The notes beneath the pieces were generated by a model. The model ran no database searches and was not told the origin of the DNA. It saw nothing but the letters and a program-made list of their open reading frames with translations. A stretch of 62,500 bases of DNA, counting the filler, from Globobulimina sp. (Eukaryota): NCBI GenBank assembly GCA_003354225.1. It is 16 parts of 16 records of this genome, joined end to end, with 100 filler letters (N's around TTAATTAATTAA, not from the genome) between each part and the next. Parts side by side here need not be neighbours in the genome. Positions count along the whole stretch, not along the records: positions 35,233 to 39,043 come from PIVH01002055.1; positions 39,144 to 42,954 come from PIVH01002056.1; positions 43,055 to 46,864 come from PIVH01002057.1; positions 46,965 to 50,774 come from PIVH01002058.1; 12 more parts are not named here. The stretch is one strand, 5' to 3'. The position numbers were made by a program, and so were the translations under genes. Shown piece after piece: positions 38,460-50,000 of the stretch. Numbering within the stretch: position 1 is the first letter of the stretch; the number at the start of each line of letters is the position of its first letter.

Positions 38460-38611
38460 TTTGTTTTTTGTTTTTTTATAAATTTTTATGGTGTGTTTTT
38501 GTTATATACGTACATTTATTACTATATGATATATCCTTGCACTTTCAACAGTGTTGCAAGGAGTTGGAAAAGGTCTGTCAGCGGACCTAAAACCATTAAA
38601 AACAAACAGCA

Positions 38612-39043
38612 TTATGATTTAAAATATATTGCAACTCTTAAAGTCAATGTTTCTAAATCTTTTAATAATTTCTGCTCAAAGAATCTAATATATGCATCAT
38701 TTCCAACCGATAAACGATAAAATGGCCAGTCATTTTTGATATAATTAATATCATCAATAACTATACTAAATTTACCATCAATTGATCGTAATGGCATACT
38801 ATTAATTTTTAATTTAAAGTCTGTATATTCATTTGATGAATTTGTACGTATTCCAAATGAAAATTTAATAGTTTTTGTTTCTGTTAATTTATAACTAAAT
38901 TCTTGTTCCGATATAATATTTTTATCTTTTGGTCCCATTGTTAACGCTTTAAATTGATTCTCATCCAATACCCAAATATATTCATCCATAAATACAATAT
39001 TTGAGATATTTATTAATGAATTCAAAAATCCACTTAATACCAT
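38612..39043 (-). CDS. C-terminal MATH/TRAF-like beta-sandwich fragment, 5' partial
   Basis: YIWVLD...IISEQEF...LKDLETLTLRVAI pattern. Confidence 0.4.
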   Translation of the reverse strand: MVLSGFLNSLINISNIVFMDEYIWVLDENQFKALTMGPKDKNIISEQEFSYKLTETKTIKFSFGIRTNSSNEYTDFKLKINSMPLRSIDGKFSIVIDDINYIKNDWPFYRLSVGNDAYIRFFEQKLLKDLETLTLRVAIYFKS

Positions 39044-39143
39044 NNNNNNNNNNNNNNNNNNNNNNNNNNNNNNNNNNNNNNNNNNNNTTAATTAATTAAN
39101 NNNNNNNNNNNNNNNNNNNNNNNNNNNNNNNNNNNNNNNNNNN

Positions 39144-41496
39144 CTTGATGTAGGTCATCCTGTATCGCGTACGCGATTCCATAAAATAAGTCCGATGCTA
39201 TTTTGTGACAATAAATAGGAGCATTTTTAAGCCCCATTAATACCACATTTGGCAGCAATACTCCTCCTTTTACGCGTATTCCGCAATATCGCTTGGATTT
39301 TTGTGCTAATAACATGTGGTAGAACCACTTTTTAATATCCGTTTGATTGGATAGCATGGCGTTGGCTGTGGCATCGTGCAATTCGTCAATCGTTAAATTA
39401 TCATATATATATGGATAAGTATTATCATTTAATGCCTTCAAATCGCATACAGCTCTTGACGCGACAATTAAATTATTCTTCTCATCCTTACCTAAGTATC
39501 TATGCACGACGAAAGCTGACGATGTATTTACTACGATATGATCCGGATTTGCCTGATCCTGCCATTCCATAATTCCTCTTTCCGTCCATGCTCCAACTTC
39601 CTTCTTTAAAATAGTGTCATCTGCTAACTGTAAATTATAGTTTTTGCCCAAACGGCATTTATTTTCATCCTTAATGTGCAGCGTAAGCGGTTTCACTTTG
39701 GATACACATCCAACGTCAAAATCCGATCTCGCGAAAACGTTTGATTTTTTCGCAATTTTTGACATATGAGCTGCTGCTTCATCCTTTTTAAACATTTTTG
39801 AGTCATATTCCGTATCTGATAATACTGCCGGATATGATATTTTCGTTCCATTAGTCAATTCTTGTGTTACTAATTCAAATGCTGCAGTATTCACACTTTG
39901 ATTTAATTTCATAATCTTATTATTTTCATTAACTTGCTCAATTTGAATAATATTCGAATCATCAATAACATGAATAAAGCTCTCCAGCGTCGGTTGGTTG
40001 TTGATAAAATCTCCATTTTTTAAACCTAAAACAAATTTGCTGGGACATTTTTCGACGTATTTTAATTCATTTTCATATTCTGTTAATTCAAATAAATCCA
40101 TACACGAAATGCTTATATTTGCTTCATTAATAGCTCGCATTACATCTGATTTCTTCGCGAATCTTGTATTTAATGTACAAACTTCATTGTTTTCAGCTAT
40201 TTTATAGATTCCTGGGTCGCCTTTATGACGATATTCGATTGTATCTAAGTATCCATCCACGTCTTCATCCTCAGGAATGATGTTAAATAATTGCTTCCTG
40301 GCGTGGTAATACAAACATTTCTTAATGTCATTCTTTGCGTACGTACCTAAACCTAAATACTTTCGCGAATCTCTGCCAATGATTAGTAAGTCTTTGGGGA
40401 CGCATTCTAAGCACCAAACTCGAATATACGTCTTCTTTGGATGTGATTTTCCAGTGGTTATGCTAAATTCCATTGTTTCTATCGGTACTTTTAGTTTGAT
40501 CGACGATGAATAAAATTGCTTTGTATTGCCTGCGTCAAATCCGCCGGCCGTAATAGTCGATTTTACTTTGTTGTCAATGAATTTTCGCAATAAATCCAAT
40601 ATTAATTTGCCACAAATAGTAATTGATGCTCCTTCATCGAGGAAGCCACGAATAACTATGTCTTCGTCAAATACTTTCAAATCACATGTATTCTTTTTTA
40701 TTTCTTCAATTGATTTCGATAATACTGACTCACAAATCGTAAATTCAGGCCCTGATTCATGTGTTAATAAATACTTATTCTCGCCATCAACTTTGTGAAT
40801 GGCATTCAACTCTTGTTTCTCTTCACTGATTTCTAACTCTGCAGTGTTATCAATGTCATTCTTTGCATCACGTTTAACGATAACATTCGTAACAACATTG
40901 CCATTGTTACGTATACGAATAAGTTTATGCTGCTCCGTAATGCGTATATTCTTTTTAAACGTTGCTGAATTATTCATTTTAAAATGCACCATAATAAACT
41001 TCGGAGATATTTTGTTTATAAATCCTCGGAACCATCGTTTTGTAGTATTTGAAAATACCTCGCAGGCATCGCCAGGTAACCAATAGTTCCATGCAGTAAT
41101 CCGTTCCGATTCGCCTTTTCGTTTCCAAATCCTTTTTATATTCAATTCATTCTCATCAATTCTGCTTAATTTATGAGGCTCAAATTGCTCCTTTTGAGAG
41201 TTACAAGCTTTTTTCTTAAACTTGTTGATAACATCACCTTTGCCGCTATGTTCACGGTAAGCTAATGGTGTATTATTATGTTCTGTATACAAATGATCAT
41301 CCGATAAATGTGTTTCTTGGATGTTAAATATAGCAGAAATTGGTTGTGGTTGCGGAAGGAGGCAGTTTTTGGACGTGCTAAGGTCAAGGAGGCAGTTTTT
41401 AGACGTGCTAAGGTCAAATAATCTTGAATCTACATTATCGCTCATTGGTGAACGACGGAGGCAGTTTACAGACGTACTGAGGTCTAATAAAAATCC
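39144..41496 (-). CDS. Pol in the -1 frame: Tudor-like insert, aspartic protease, reverse transcriptase; 3' partial
   Basis: Protease GFLDEGASITI...LLIIGRD. RT RAVCDLKALN, TIDEL, TDIKKWFYHM, MGLKNAP and IQDD. Confidence 0.85.
41356..41484. repeat. Three copies of a 30-bp repeat immediately 3' of the frameshift site (DLSTSKNCLL)
   Basis: 41356-41385 and 41386-41415 differ at one base. 41455-41484 matches the second copy at 25/30. Confidence 0.9.
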
Positions 41497-42845
41497 GATT
41501 CATTTTCTTCTTCCGTATCCGTGCTAATTTTATGATGTGTTTCTTGTTTTGAATCGACTGCAACTTCAACTGCATTAATTTTATGATATGGACGCTTTCC
41601 ATACTGATTATTACCTCGCGCTCCATACTGATTATTATCTCGTGCTCCGTTGCTGTCATTTGTGCGATTCGCAAATGATTCTTTTTCCTTGGCATTATGC
41701 CAAAATTTACATTTTAAACCATAGCGACACGTTCTTCCATGTTTACATTTTGGAATATACTCTTTTTTCTGTCGCTGATTGTCGTCTAATCCGCGCTTAT
41801 TACCTCTCATTCGATGATGTAATTGGTTTACTTCTGCACGCAATTGAACCAATTCATCATTTTGTCTTGCTTTAAATTCTTCGATGCTGCAAATTTCTAA
41901 AGATTTCAGCCCTAATACAGAATCTAAATAATTTTCCTGCTCAATAAATTTGTTTAATATACTCTTTAATTGCGGCATATTTATAGCCGGAGTTTCATGC
42001 AAATTCAGAGCTTTGTCAATAACTCTTACACGAACTGATTTGTTTAGTCCTTTAATACAATATTCAGCAGCTTCGTGACTGCTAATATTCTGATAAATAA
42101 ATCCATTTTCTGTCTGAACCCTAATCTCCAACGATAATTTGCGTAATAAATCATTAAATTTATCCCAATATAATTTCGTTGAATTTGTTCCTTGCGACAA
42201 TGATTGAATTGCTTTTTTATAATTAATAACTTGGTTCAATTTACCATATTTATCTTTCAATGCATTCCAAATCAATTTTAATTTATCAGCAACGTTATCG
42301 GCTGCATCGAAATTCAGATCATTTGATTGAATGAAATTATACGGCTCATCGCCTAATACTTTGCCGTTCATTATTAATTTTAATAAAACATTTCCATCGA
42401 TCTCATTATGCTCACAATATTTATTAATACGAATTTCAAAGTGATTGATATTTTCACTCTTCGCTCCATTGAATTTGAATGGGATATTTGTGATAGCCAA
42501 TTTGGCCAAAGCATTATTAATCTGCCTTTGCATATTATTATTATCTCTGGGGGCATTTCTACGTTCTGCTGGAGGCAGTTCGTCAATTTTTTCTTCATCT
42601 TCGTAATTCACTAAGAAACAATCAACGATAATGATTGCGTCTTGCATCAATTCTAAGAAATCCTCTGCATTATCAATAATAATTTTATCTGCATCGCCAT
42701 TCATCAAATATTCGAGACGAATAATTACGGCGAAATCAAATTTCTCAATGATTTGATCTTTAAATTGCTCAAAATCGCGTAATGATTCCGGCCGGAATCT
42801 AATTCTTCTGGTTTGATTTCCAGATTTTATTTTGAACCAACTCAT
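41484..42845 (-). CDS. Gag with PB1-like N-terminal domain, capsid-like region and CCCH zinc finger
   Basis: Capsid start PFKFNGAKSENINHF, LSQGTNSTKLYWDKF, and YCIKGLNKSVR. Finger CKHGRTCRYGLKCKFWH at 41697-41747. Confidence 0.8.
   Translation of the reverse strand: MSWFKIKSGNQTRRIRFRPESLRDFEQFKDQIIEKFDFAVIIRLEYLMNGDADKIIIDNAEDFLELMQDAIIIVDCFLVNYEDEEKIDELPPAERRNAPRDNNNMQRQINNALAKLAITNIPFKFNGAKSENINHFEIRINKYCEHNEIDGNVLLKLIMNGKVLGDEPYNFIQSNDLNFDAADNVADKLKLIWNALKDKYGKLNQVINYKKAIQSLSQGTNSTKLYWDKFNDLLRKLSLEIRVQTENGFIYQNISSHEAAEYCIKGLNKSVRVRVIDKALNLHETPAINMPQLKSILNKFIEQENYLDSVLGLKSLEICSIEEFKARQNDELVQLRAEVNQLHHRMRGNKRGLDDNQRQKKEYIPKCKHGRTCRYGLKCKFWHNAKEKESFANRTNDSNGARDNNQYGARGNNQYGKRPYHKINAVEVAVDSKQETHHKISTDTEEENESDFY
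41490..41496 (-). promoter_or_regulatory. Putative -1 ribosomal frameshift heptamer G_GAU_UUU at the gag-pol junction
   Basis: The pol frame opens only after TGA at 41500-41502 and gag stops at 41484-41486. The heptamer lies in this short overlap, in the correct register. Confidence 0.75.
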
Positions 42846-43054
42846 CGTTTCTGTATACTAATTAGTAATATACTTATTTCGACGTATTCGCTGAATTTAT
42901 GATATTCACGAATCTATTGGTAATCTTCTAGTCGGCTGTTGTTTTGATAGAGTCNNNNNNNNNNNNNNNNNNNNNNNNNNNNNNNNNNNNNNNNNNNNTT
43001 AATTAATTAANNNNNNNNNNNNNNNNNNNNNNNNNNNNNNNNNNNNNNNNNNNN

Positions 43055-44613
43055 AACATGGCCATGACGATGAAAAAGAGGTTGTAACCATTGAATTAAA
43101 CATTGATTGGTTGGAAGAGTTATTTGGCAAAAAAAAGAAGGAAAACAAACCTGCAAATGTGAAAAAGAGAAAACAAGTAAAAGAGACATTGTTAGATGCG
43201 AAACGATCCTATAATATGCATATAGCACTGTCGCGATTGAAAATATCTCATAAAGTGCTTAAAACTGCAATATTGGCACTTAGTGAAGAGACATTAGACT
43301 CTGATGACATTAGTAAGTTACAAAAATTAGTGCCCACTAACGAAGAGCAGGAATTATTGAAAAGTTGGAGCGGCAGTCCCAAAAATCTAGCATTGGCTGA
43401 ACGATTTGTTTACGAATTAAAAGATGTGAGTTGCATTGCAGAACGGTTAGAATTTTGGCAGTTTAAAATACATTTTAAAGATGCAATAACTGAACAAAAA
43501 TGTAAAATAAATTTATTAGAAATTGTGTATAATACGATAAAATTTAATAAGTCATTTAAAAGGTTTTTACAATATATATTATTGATTGGTAATTATATGA
43601 ATTATCAGCATCCACGAAAAGGAAATGCGTTTGGATTTGAACTGAAAAGTCTATTAACTTTAGAATCTGCGAAATCAATCAATAAAAAAGAAACTTTGTT
43701 AACATTTATCATTAAACAATGTAAGAATAATAATAATAGCGAATGCTTGCAATTTGTAAATATATTTTGTAAGGATTTAGGTGCAGTTTTAGATGCATTT
43801 AAATCGGAACAAGATAAAAATAAAATTGATATCAAGCAGTTAGCCACAAAAATTGGGGAATTTGGCACAATGCGGAAAAAATTAGAAATAAAAATAAGGG
43901 AATTAAAAAATGATAATGATGAGGATATGTTTGAAGTGGTAATGAGTGAGTTTTTAAATGAGACAAAGAAAACATATCTGGATTTAGTGGATAAGCATAC
44001 AAAAATTATAAATGAGCTGATTGAATTAAGTAAATACCTCGGCTGTGAAAAAGGTGATGCAAAGCTGGTATTTATTGAGATTTTGTTAGAGTTTAGCATG
44101 GCTTTGAAATATAAGCACCACGAAATCAATATGATTGAAGAGCGACAAAACAAGGCCATGTTAAAAGCATTGCAAAAATCCGCAAGAAAAAAACCTAAGC
44201 TCAAACATCGAAGTAAGAAATCCAAAGAAAGTAAAAAAGAGAAAGCAGTCAAAGAACGCACTAAAAATGATAAATTATTTGCATTATATCAGCAACGAAA
44301 AAAGATGATGAATCCAAAAGGAAGAAGATCTGATTCGATATCTATAGATACAAAGTTCGAAGAAGAGAGTGAGACTGAGCCAACCGCAGATATGCTTAAA
44401 CCGCCATCATTAACCGCGGAAATGTTAGAATATGTGACTTCTGATGAGATTAAGAAACGGAGAGAAAAGAGAAAAAGAATGGAAAGAGATAACCCAATTA
44501 ATATCCAATCGGAAATGAAGCAATTAAAAGTACCTTCTTTATATAGATCTCCTTCTTTGTTGCGGAGAAGTCCGAGTTCATTTAGGATACTAACACCCAA
44601 ACAATCAAAATAA
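43055..44613 (+). CDS. Formin FH2 domain with basic C-terminal tail, 5' partial
   Basis: LEELF, LLDAKRSYNMHIAL, LALAERF, ILLIGNYMN, GNAFGFELKSL and TLLTFI. Confidence 0.93.
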
Positions 44614-44745
44614 AAATAAATAATAAATGTAGAGTCTTTCTGCAGTGTTTTAATTTTAATTATAAAATTAATAAAAAGAGTCTTTTTGCAGTGTATGAAA
44701 ATAGATAGTTTGTAAATATTTGAGTAAGGCAAAGCCAGGCAGAGC

Positions 44746-46864
44746 ATGTCAAGCAACACAAGTTTATGGAATGTCTCAAAAGAAATAAAAGAAGATACAT
44801 CAGTTAAAGAAGCAGCAGATGCGGAGAAAGAATATGAACAATTATTAGCATCACGCAGTACATTATTAACTCGACGATCAGTACTTGTCGGTGAATATAT
44901 TAACGACAACAATGACAATGAAGATGATACCAACAAAAAACCGCAACCACACAAACGGGAAACACAACTATTTCGTGCAATATGTGAATATAAAAAACCC
45001 GCCACTTTATTGCGTGCACCAGATTTCAAATTGCGATTTGTTGTCATTGACTCACAGTATAAATTCATGCGTATTTATAGAACTGAGCAAGAATTAAAAA
45101 ATCGAGAACCATTTAAATATGAATTACCGTTAAAATCAAGCAAAATATCTCTCAAAACTGTAGATAAAAAGGACAAATGTATAACATTAACGATAAAAAA
45201 ACAAGAACACACATTCCATTTCAAGACCAATGAATTGCACGAAACAGCACTGAAACATATCAGAATGTGTACTGGCAAAATAAAGTTATCCTCGCACCCA
45301 AATCCTTCATTTTCCCCCTTTAACCTCCCAATGCACAGAAGACACAATATTATGAGCAATATACCAACACACAGATCGACCGCAACTGCCACAGAAACAG
45401 TGAGCAGAATGGGGAGTGATTTTGAATCACAACAAAGCTTACGAACTGCGAGCAATTCTATGCAAAATAACCAAGTCACTCAAGATATGTTATTAGAAAT
45501 CTATGCAGAAACTGACAAAGGACGGCAAGTCGCAAGATGGCTGAATGAAAATAAAGACACTTTGCGAGTGCAGCAATTAAATAAGTTGTCACAAATATTA
45601 TCCTCCAAACAGAGCGACCATACATTTATCCAGGATTTCTCCGCTGGACAAGGCCTGACTTATTTGTGTTCATTAAGTATTCTACGCTTTTGTGAATGGG
45701 AAATGTTGATTGTGATATTGGACATCTTTGAGGTTATCGTGAATACGCGGATTGGGTACAATTTACTTCGCGAACATTCCCATGCGATACAGGCCATTGC
45801 CGATCTGTTCGAACACCAAAATAAAGTGATTAAATGCAAAGTGATCAACTTATTGACCATTATGTGTATGTATGACGATGATGGCTTTGAAGCTGTGTTA
45901 TGTGCGCTGTATAGTTACGGTCAGCGACATCATGCAAACAGTGTGTTTGACGAATTTGTGCGTTCCATGTACTTTGAACAGGACCTTCATTTTCGAAGAG
46001 ATGCTCTCAAGTTTGTCAATGTTGTGCTGAACTTATCGCCAGACGTCAGCAGCAGAATTGAATCGAGACATTTGTTGACTGAGCTGGGCTTTGATAATGT
46101 TCTCGATCAGTTGTGGGAGATTATTGTGGCGCAAATCGACGATGATGCCGATGTTAAGGTAGTGAATATATATTTTTATGATTGTTGATTTGCTGTTTGT
46201 TGATATAATATTATTGCATTCAACAGAGTGATGAGCCAGTTTCTGCAGCTCCGACTCACATAAATCGAGAAAAATTGCATGCTCAGAAACTGAGATACGA
46301 CGAATCTGTCAAAATAAAGAATCCGTTGTTGGAAGAAATCAAACAACAATTGATTATTTATAGAAAAATGAAACAAGAAGACGACGAAATGATGTTTTGG
46401 TCCAATGTGAATCTGAATGATCCACAAGATATTGTTCGATATTTGTTCAAAAAAGCAATGCAACAGAAACATATCTCACAGTTTTTGCACACATTGATAG
46501 CGATGTGCACCATCCCGGAGAATGCCTCTGTTTTATGGAGTGCATTGCCTCAACTCATACTGCATGCAACTGGGCAGAAAATAAAAGTAATCGACGATAA
46601 TATCATACAAAACATACAAAGTGGTTCCTCAGATGAGAGTGACGAGGAAGGTATAAAAATATTCGATAATATTCAATTATTAAAAGAAAGGCTAAACAAA
46701 GCCATGACGGCAGAAGTAAAGCAAGAAGAGACTGAATATCAACAACAAATACAACAATTAAACGAGAAAACGGAGCAATTGGCACATGAAAATATGAGAT
46801 TAGCTTCAGAGAAAATAAAGTTTCAAGCAAAGCAATCGGAACAAAATGAGCAAATTCAAGAATT
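44746..46864 (+). CDS. N-terminal half of a second formin: PH-like domain, GBD/FH3 and coiled coil; 3' partial
   Basis: PH-like FKLRFVVI...MRIYRTEQE...HTFHF. GBD/FH3 FIQDF...GL, IVNTRIG, KVINLLTIMC and LKFVNVVL...RIESR...LGF. Intron at 46159-46226. Confidence 0.75.
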
Positions 46865-47015
46865 NNNNNNNNNNNNNNNNNNNNNNNNNNNNNNNNNNNN
46901 NNNNNNNNTTAATTAATTAANNNNNNNNNNNNNNNNNNNNNNNNNNNNNNNNNNNNNNNNNNNNAAGAAAAAATTCTATCAAACATCTTGACTTGATTAG
47001 CCACGGTAATTTTAG

Positions 47016-50000
47016 TAATCGACGCCTTATTATTCGTATTTGGCCGCAGAGCCAAACAAATTCGTTTAAAGAAAATCTCAGAATTAGTGCATACCTCTTC
47101 GTCGCACCCAACCTGCAAACAAGCGCGAGTTAACATACATTTTCAGCAAATCATTGACAATGAAATGGACGACAACGAATATCGGGTCATCCCCAATTCG
47201 TCCTTCTCCATCTCGCGCATTGCCACAAAATCCAACAATTCGACCTATTTAATCAACAACAAAGTCTCCAAAATCAAGAAAGTAAAAGAATTGCTATTGA
47301 CCAAAGGCATTGACTTAAATAACAATCGATTCTTAATCTTGCAAGGCGAGGTGGAGTCGATTGCGATGATGAAACCCAAATCGGTGTCAAATAATGACGA
47401 TGGACTGTTAGAATATTTGGAGGATATCATTGGTTCAAATAAGTACATTCTGGAAATAAACCGATGCGGAGAACAGGTGGAGACCCTCACCAATGAGGTA
47501 CAAGAACGTCTGAACAGAGTCAAAGTGGTGGAACGCGATCGCGATAAGTTGTCCGTGGCCAAGAATGAAGCTCAGGATTACATTAAGTCGCAGCTACAAT
47601 TATGGAAATTGCAGGCTGTGTCAAAGCAGGTTTTCATCAATAAATACCACAACAAAGCGGATGCTTTGAACGTGCAATTGGTGCAATTTAATAATGGCAT
47701 TGCTGCCAAGGAGGAGAAACTGACAAAAATACAGCAGGAAATGGAGGACATTGAAGAGAAATATCAACAAATACGAAAGGAGAAAAACGTATGTCACAAT
47801 TGTTTTGCTCTCGGAATTTGACACAAAATGCAATATGCACTTCCACAGAAAGTAGAGAAAGAGGTGAAAAAAGAAGAGAAACAGTTCCAAGAGTTCGAAC
47901 AATCGGATGTGTCGATGACGACTCGTTTGAAGTATCTCAAAAAAGAAATGAATAAAATCAAAAAGAACCGCCACAAATTAGAGCAAGAAAAGGTGGAATT
48001 CACCGAGAAAATCGCTCAAAACGAGACGCTGATCCCGCGCCTTCAGAGCGAGGTGGAAGAGATGCAAATAAATCTCCGCGCTCAGCAGGCAAAACAAGAA
48101 GAAATGATGTCGGAGCTAACCGAACGTATCCAACCCATCAAGGAGGCCATGGAGGAGAAGCAAAAGGAACTGATCCCACTCAAAGATCGCGAGAATAGCA
48201 TCAAACAGAAACTCGACATCATAGCCAATAATATCTCCGCCATCAATGACAAAGTGACCGATGCACAGCAACGCAAACAAGACATTGTGAATCGTATCGC
48301 CGACATCGACACAAACATCGATGCGCAGACACATAACTTAGACCATACGCTTCAAAATGACCTACAAACCCATACCACCCACAAAAGCAACATGAATAAG
48401 CATATAAAAGCCCTCCGCAACGAAGAGAAAAAGTTGCAGTACGAAATCACGCATACGCGTAAAGACTACGATAACGCGCGTTATTTATACGAAAACGCCG
48501 CCAAATCTAAGCAAAGAATCGTCGGCTTATTGCTAGCGGCGCAAGAAAAGGGAGACCTGACCGGCGTATTGGGCAGATTGGGCGACTTAGGCAGTATCGA
48601 CCAGAAGTATGATGTTGCGGCGTCCACGGCAGCCACATCGGCGTTGAATTTCATCGTAGTGGAAAAAACGCATCACGCTCAACGTGCGGTGGAGTACCTA
48701 AAGCGGCACAATTTGGGCCGTGCCACCATGCTCATATTAGAGAAACAGAAACATTTACAACGGGCCGCCAATAAAAAGATAGCCACTCCGCAGGGCGTGA
48801 ACCGGCTGTATGATTTGGTGCGGTTCGGCGAGGAGAGGTTCAACATCGCGTTTTATTTCGCGTTTCGCGATACTTTGGTCGCTACAGACTTGAACGAAGC
48901 GAACAATTTGGCGTTCAGCGGGGGCCGCCGTTGGAGGGTGGTGACGTTGCAAGGACAGTTGATTGAGACTAGCGGCGCGATGACGGGCGGCGGGAACAAA
49001 GTGTTTAAGGGCTTGATGAGTGACCGCATCGTGGACGAAGGCGGGCATATCACTGAGGGCGAGTTGCGAGAGAAGGAGCAGACGTTGCGGACAATGGAGA
49101 ACCGGCTGACTGAGATTGTGAGGGAAGTTCGTGAGGGGATGGCTCAGATTAAGCAGTGCCAGAAAAGTATTGACAGATTGGAGGTGAATAAGCGCAAATT
49201 GCGAATGGAGATCAACGGGCTGCAACAAAGGAAGCTGGCGTTGGAAGGGCAGATCCCGGAAATCGAGGCGATGACCGAAGTGAGCGAGGACGACGAGGCG
49301 CATTTGCAAGGGCTGGAGGAGGAGAAAAAGCAGCGGAATGAGGAGTTTTTAGCCGCGCAGCATGATTGCGAGCTGTTGGAGGATGTGATCCGCGATTTGG
49401 AGGAGAAGATATTGGAGAATGGCGGCAATTCGCTGCGGGAACAGAAGAATTTGCAGGATCGCTTGAAGAGGAAGTTGAAGGAGAAAAGCAAGTTGCGGAC
49501 CAAGCTGGAAGTGGAGATCAAGAGTTTGGGCAAAAAACTCAAGAGTTCCGGTCAGAAGTTCGGCACTATGGAGGATAATGTGGTTGAGATGAAGGCGGAA
49601 TATGATGAGATTAAGCTGAAGAAGAAGGATTTGGAGGAGAAGGCGGTGGCGTTGATGACGGTGTTGGACGGCAAGAAAGATGTGCTGCGGGAGAAGGATT
49701 TGGAGTATTCGAAGTTGAGTAAGATTGTGGAGAAAAACAACGGAATGATGACCAAGTTGACCAAGGATTTGTTTGAGGAGCAGGAGAAGATGAAAAATGT
49801 AAAGAGTGAGTTGGGACAGACTCGAAATAGAATGAAGAAAAGCAAAAATGAATGGGTTGGTCTACAGACCAAGTTTAACAAAAATAAACATGAGTTTTTG
49901 CGCGATGATGAGGACGAGGATGACACTCAAAAGGCGACAGCGATGGAGGTGGATAACGAGGATACGGATATTAAGGAGGTGGATGAGGGTAAAATGGATG

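Larger units (their letters stand above)
39144..42954 (-). mobile_element. Divergent Ty3/gypsy-like LTR retrotransposon, internal fragment (gag, PR, RT)
   Basis: Order gag, protease, RT with no integrase between PR and RT. LTRs are not inside the contig. Confidence 0.85.

Noticed and set aside
41356-41484. 30-bp repeats as a CRISPR array
   Set aside because: Two copies are directly adjacent with no spacer, the repeats are in-frame coding sequence, there are no cas genes, and the context is a eukaryotic retroelement.
42846-42954. LTR or primer-binding site upstream of gag
   Set aside because: No CA-TGG junction or tRNA-complementary PBS is recognisable. The contig probably ends within the leader.
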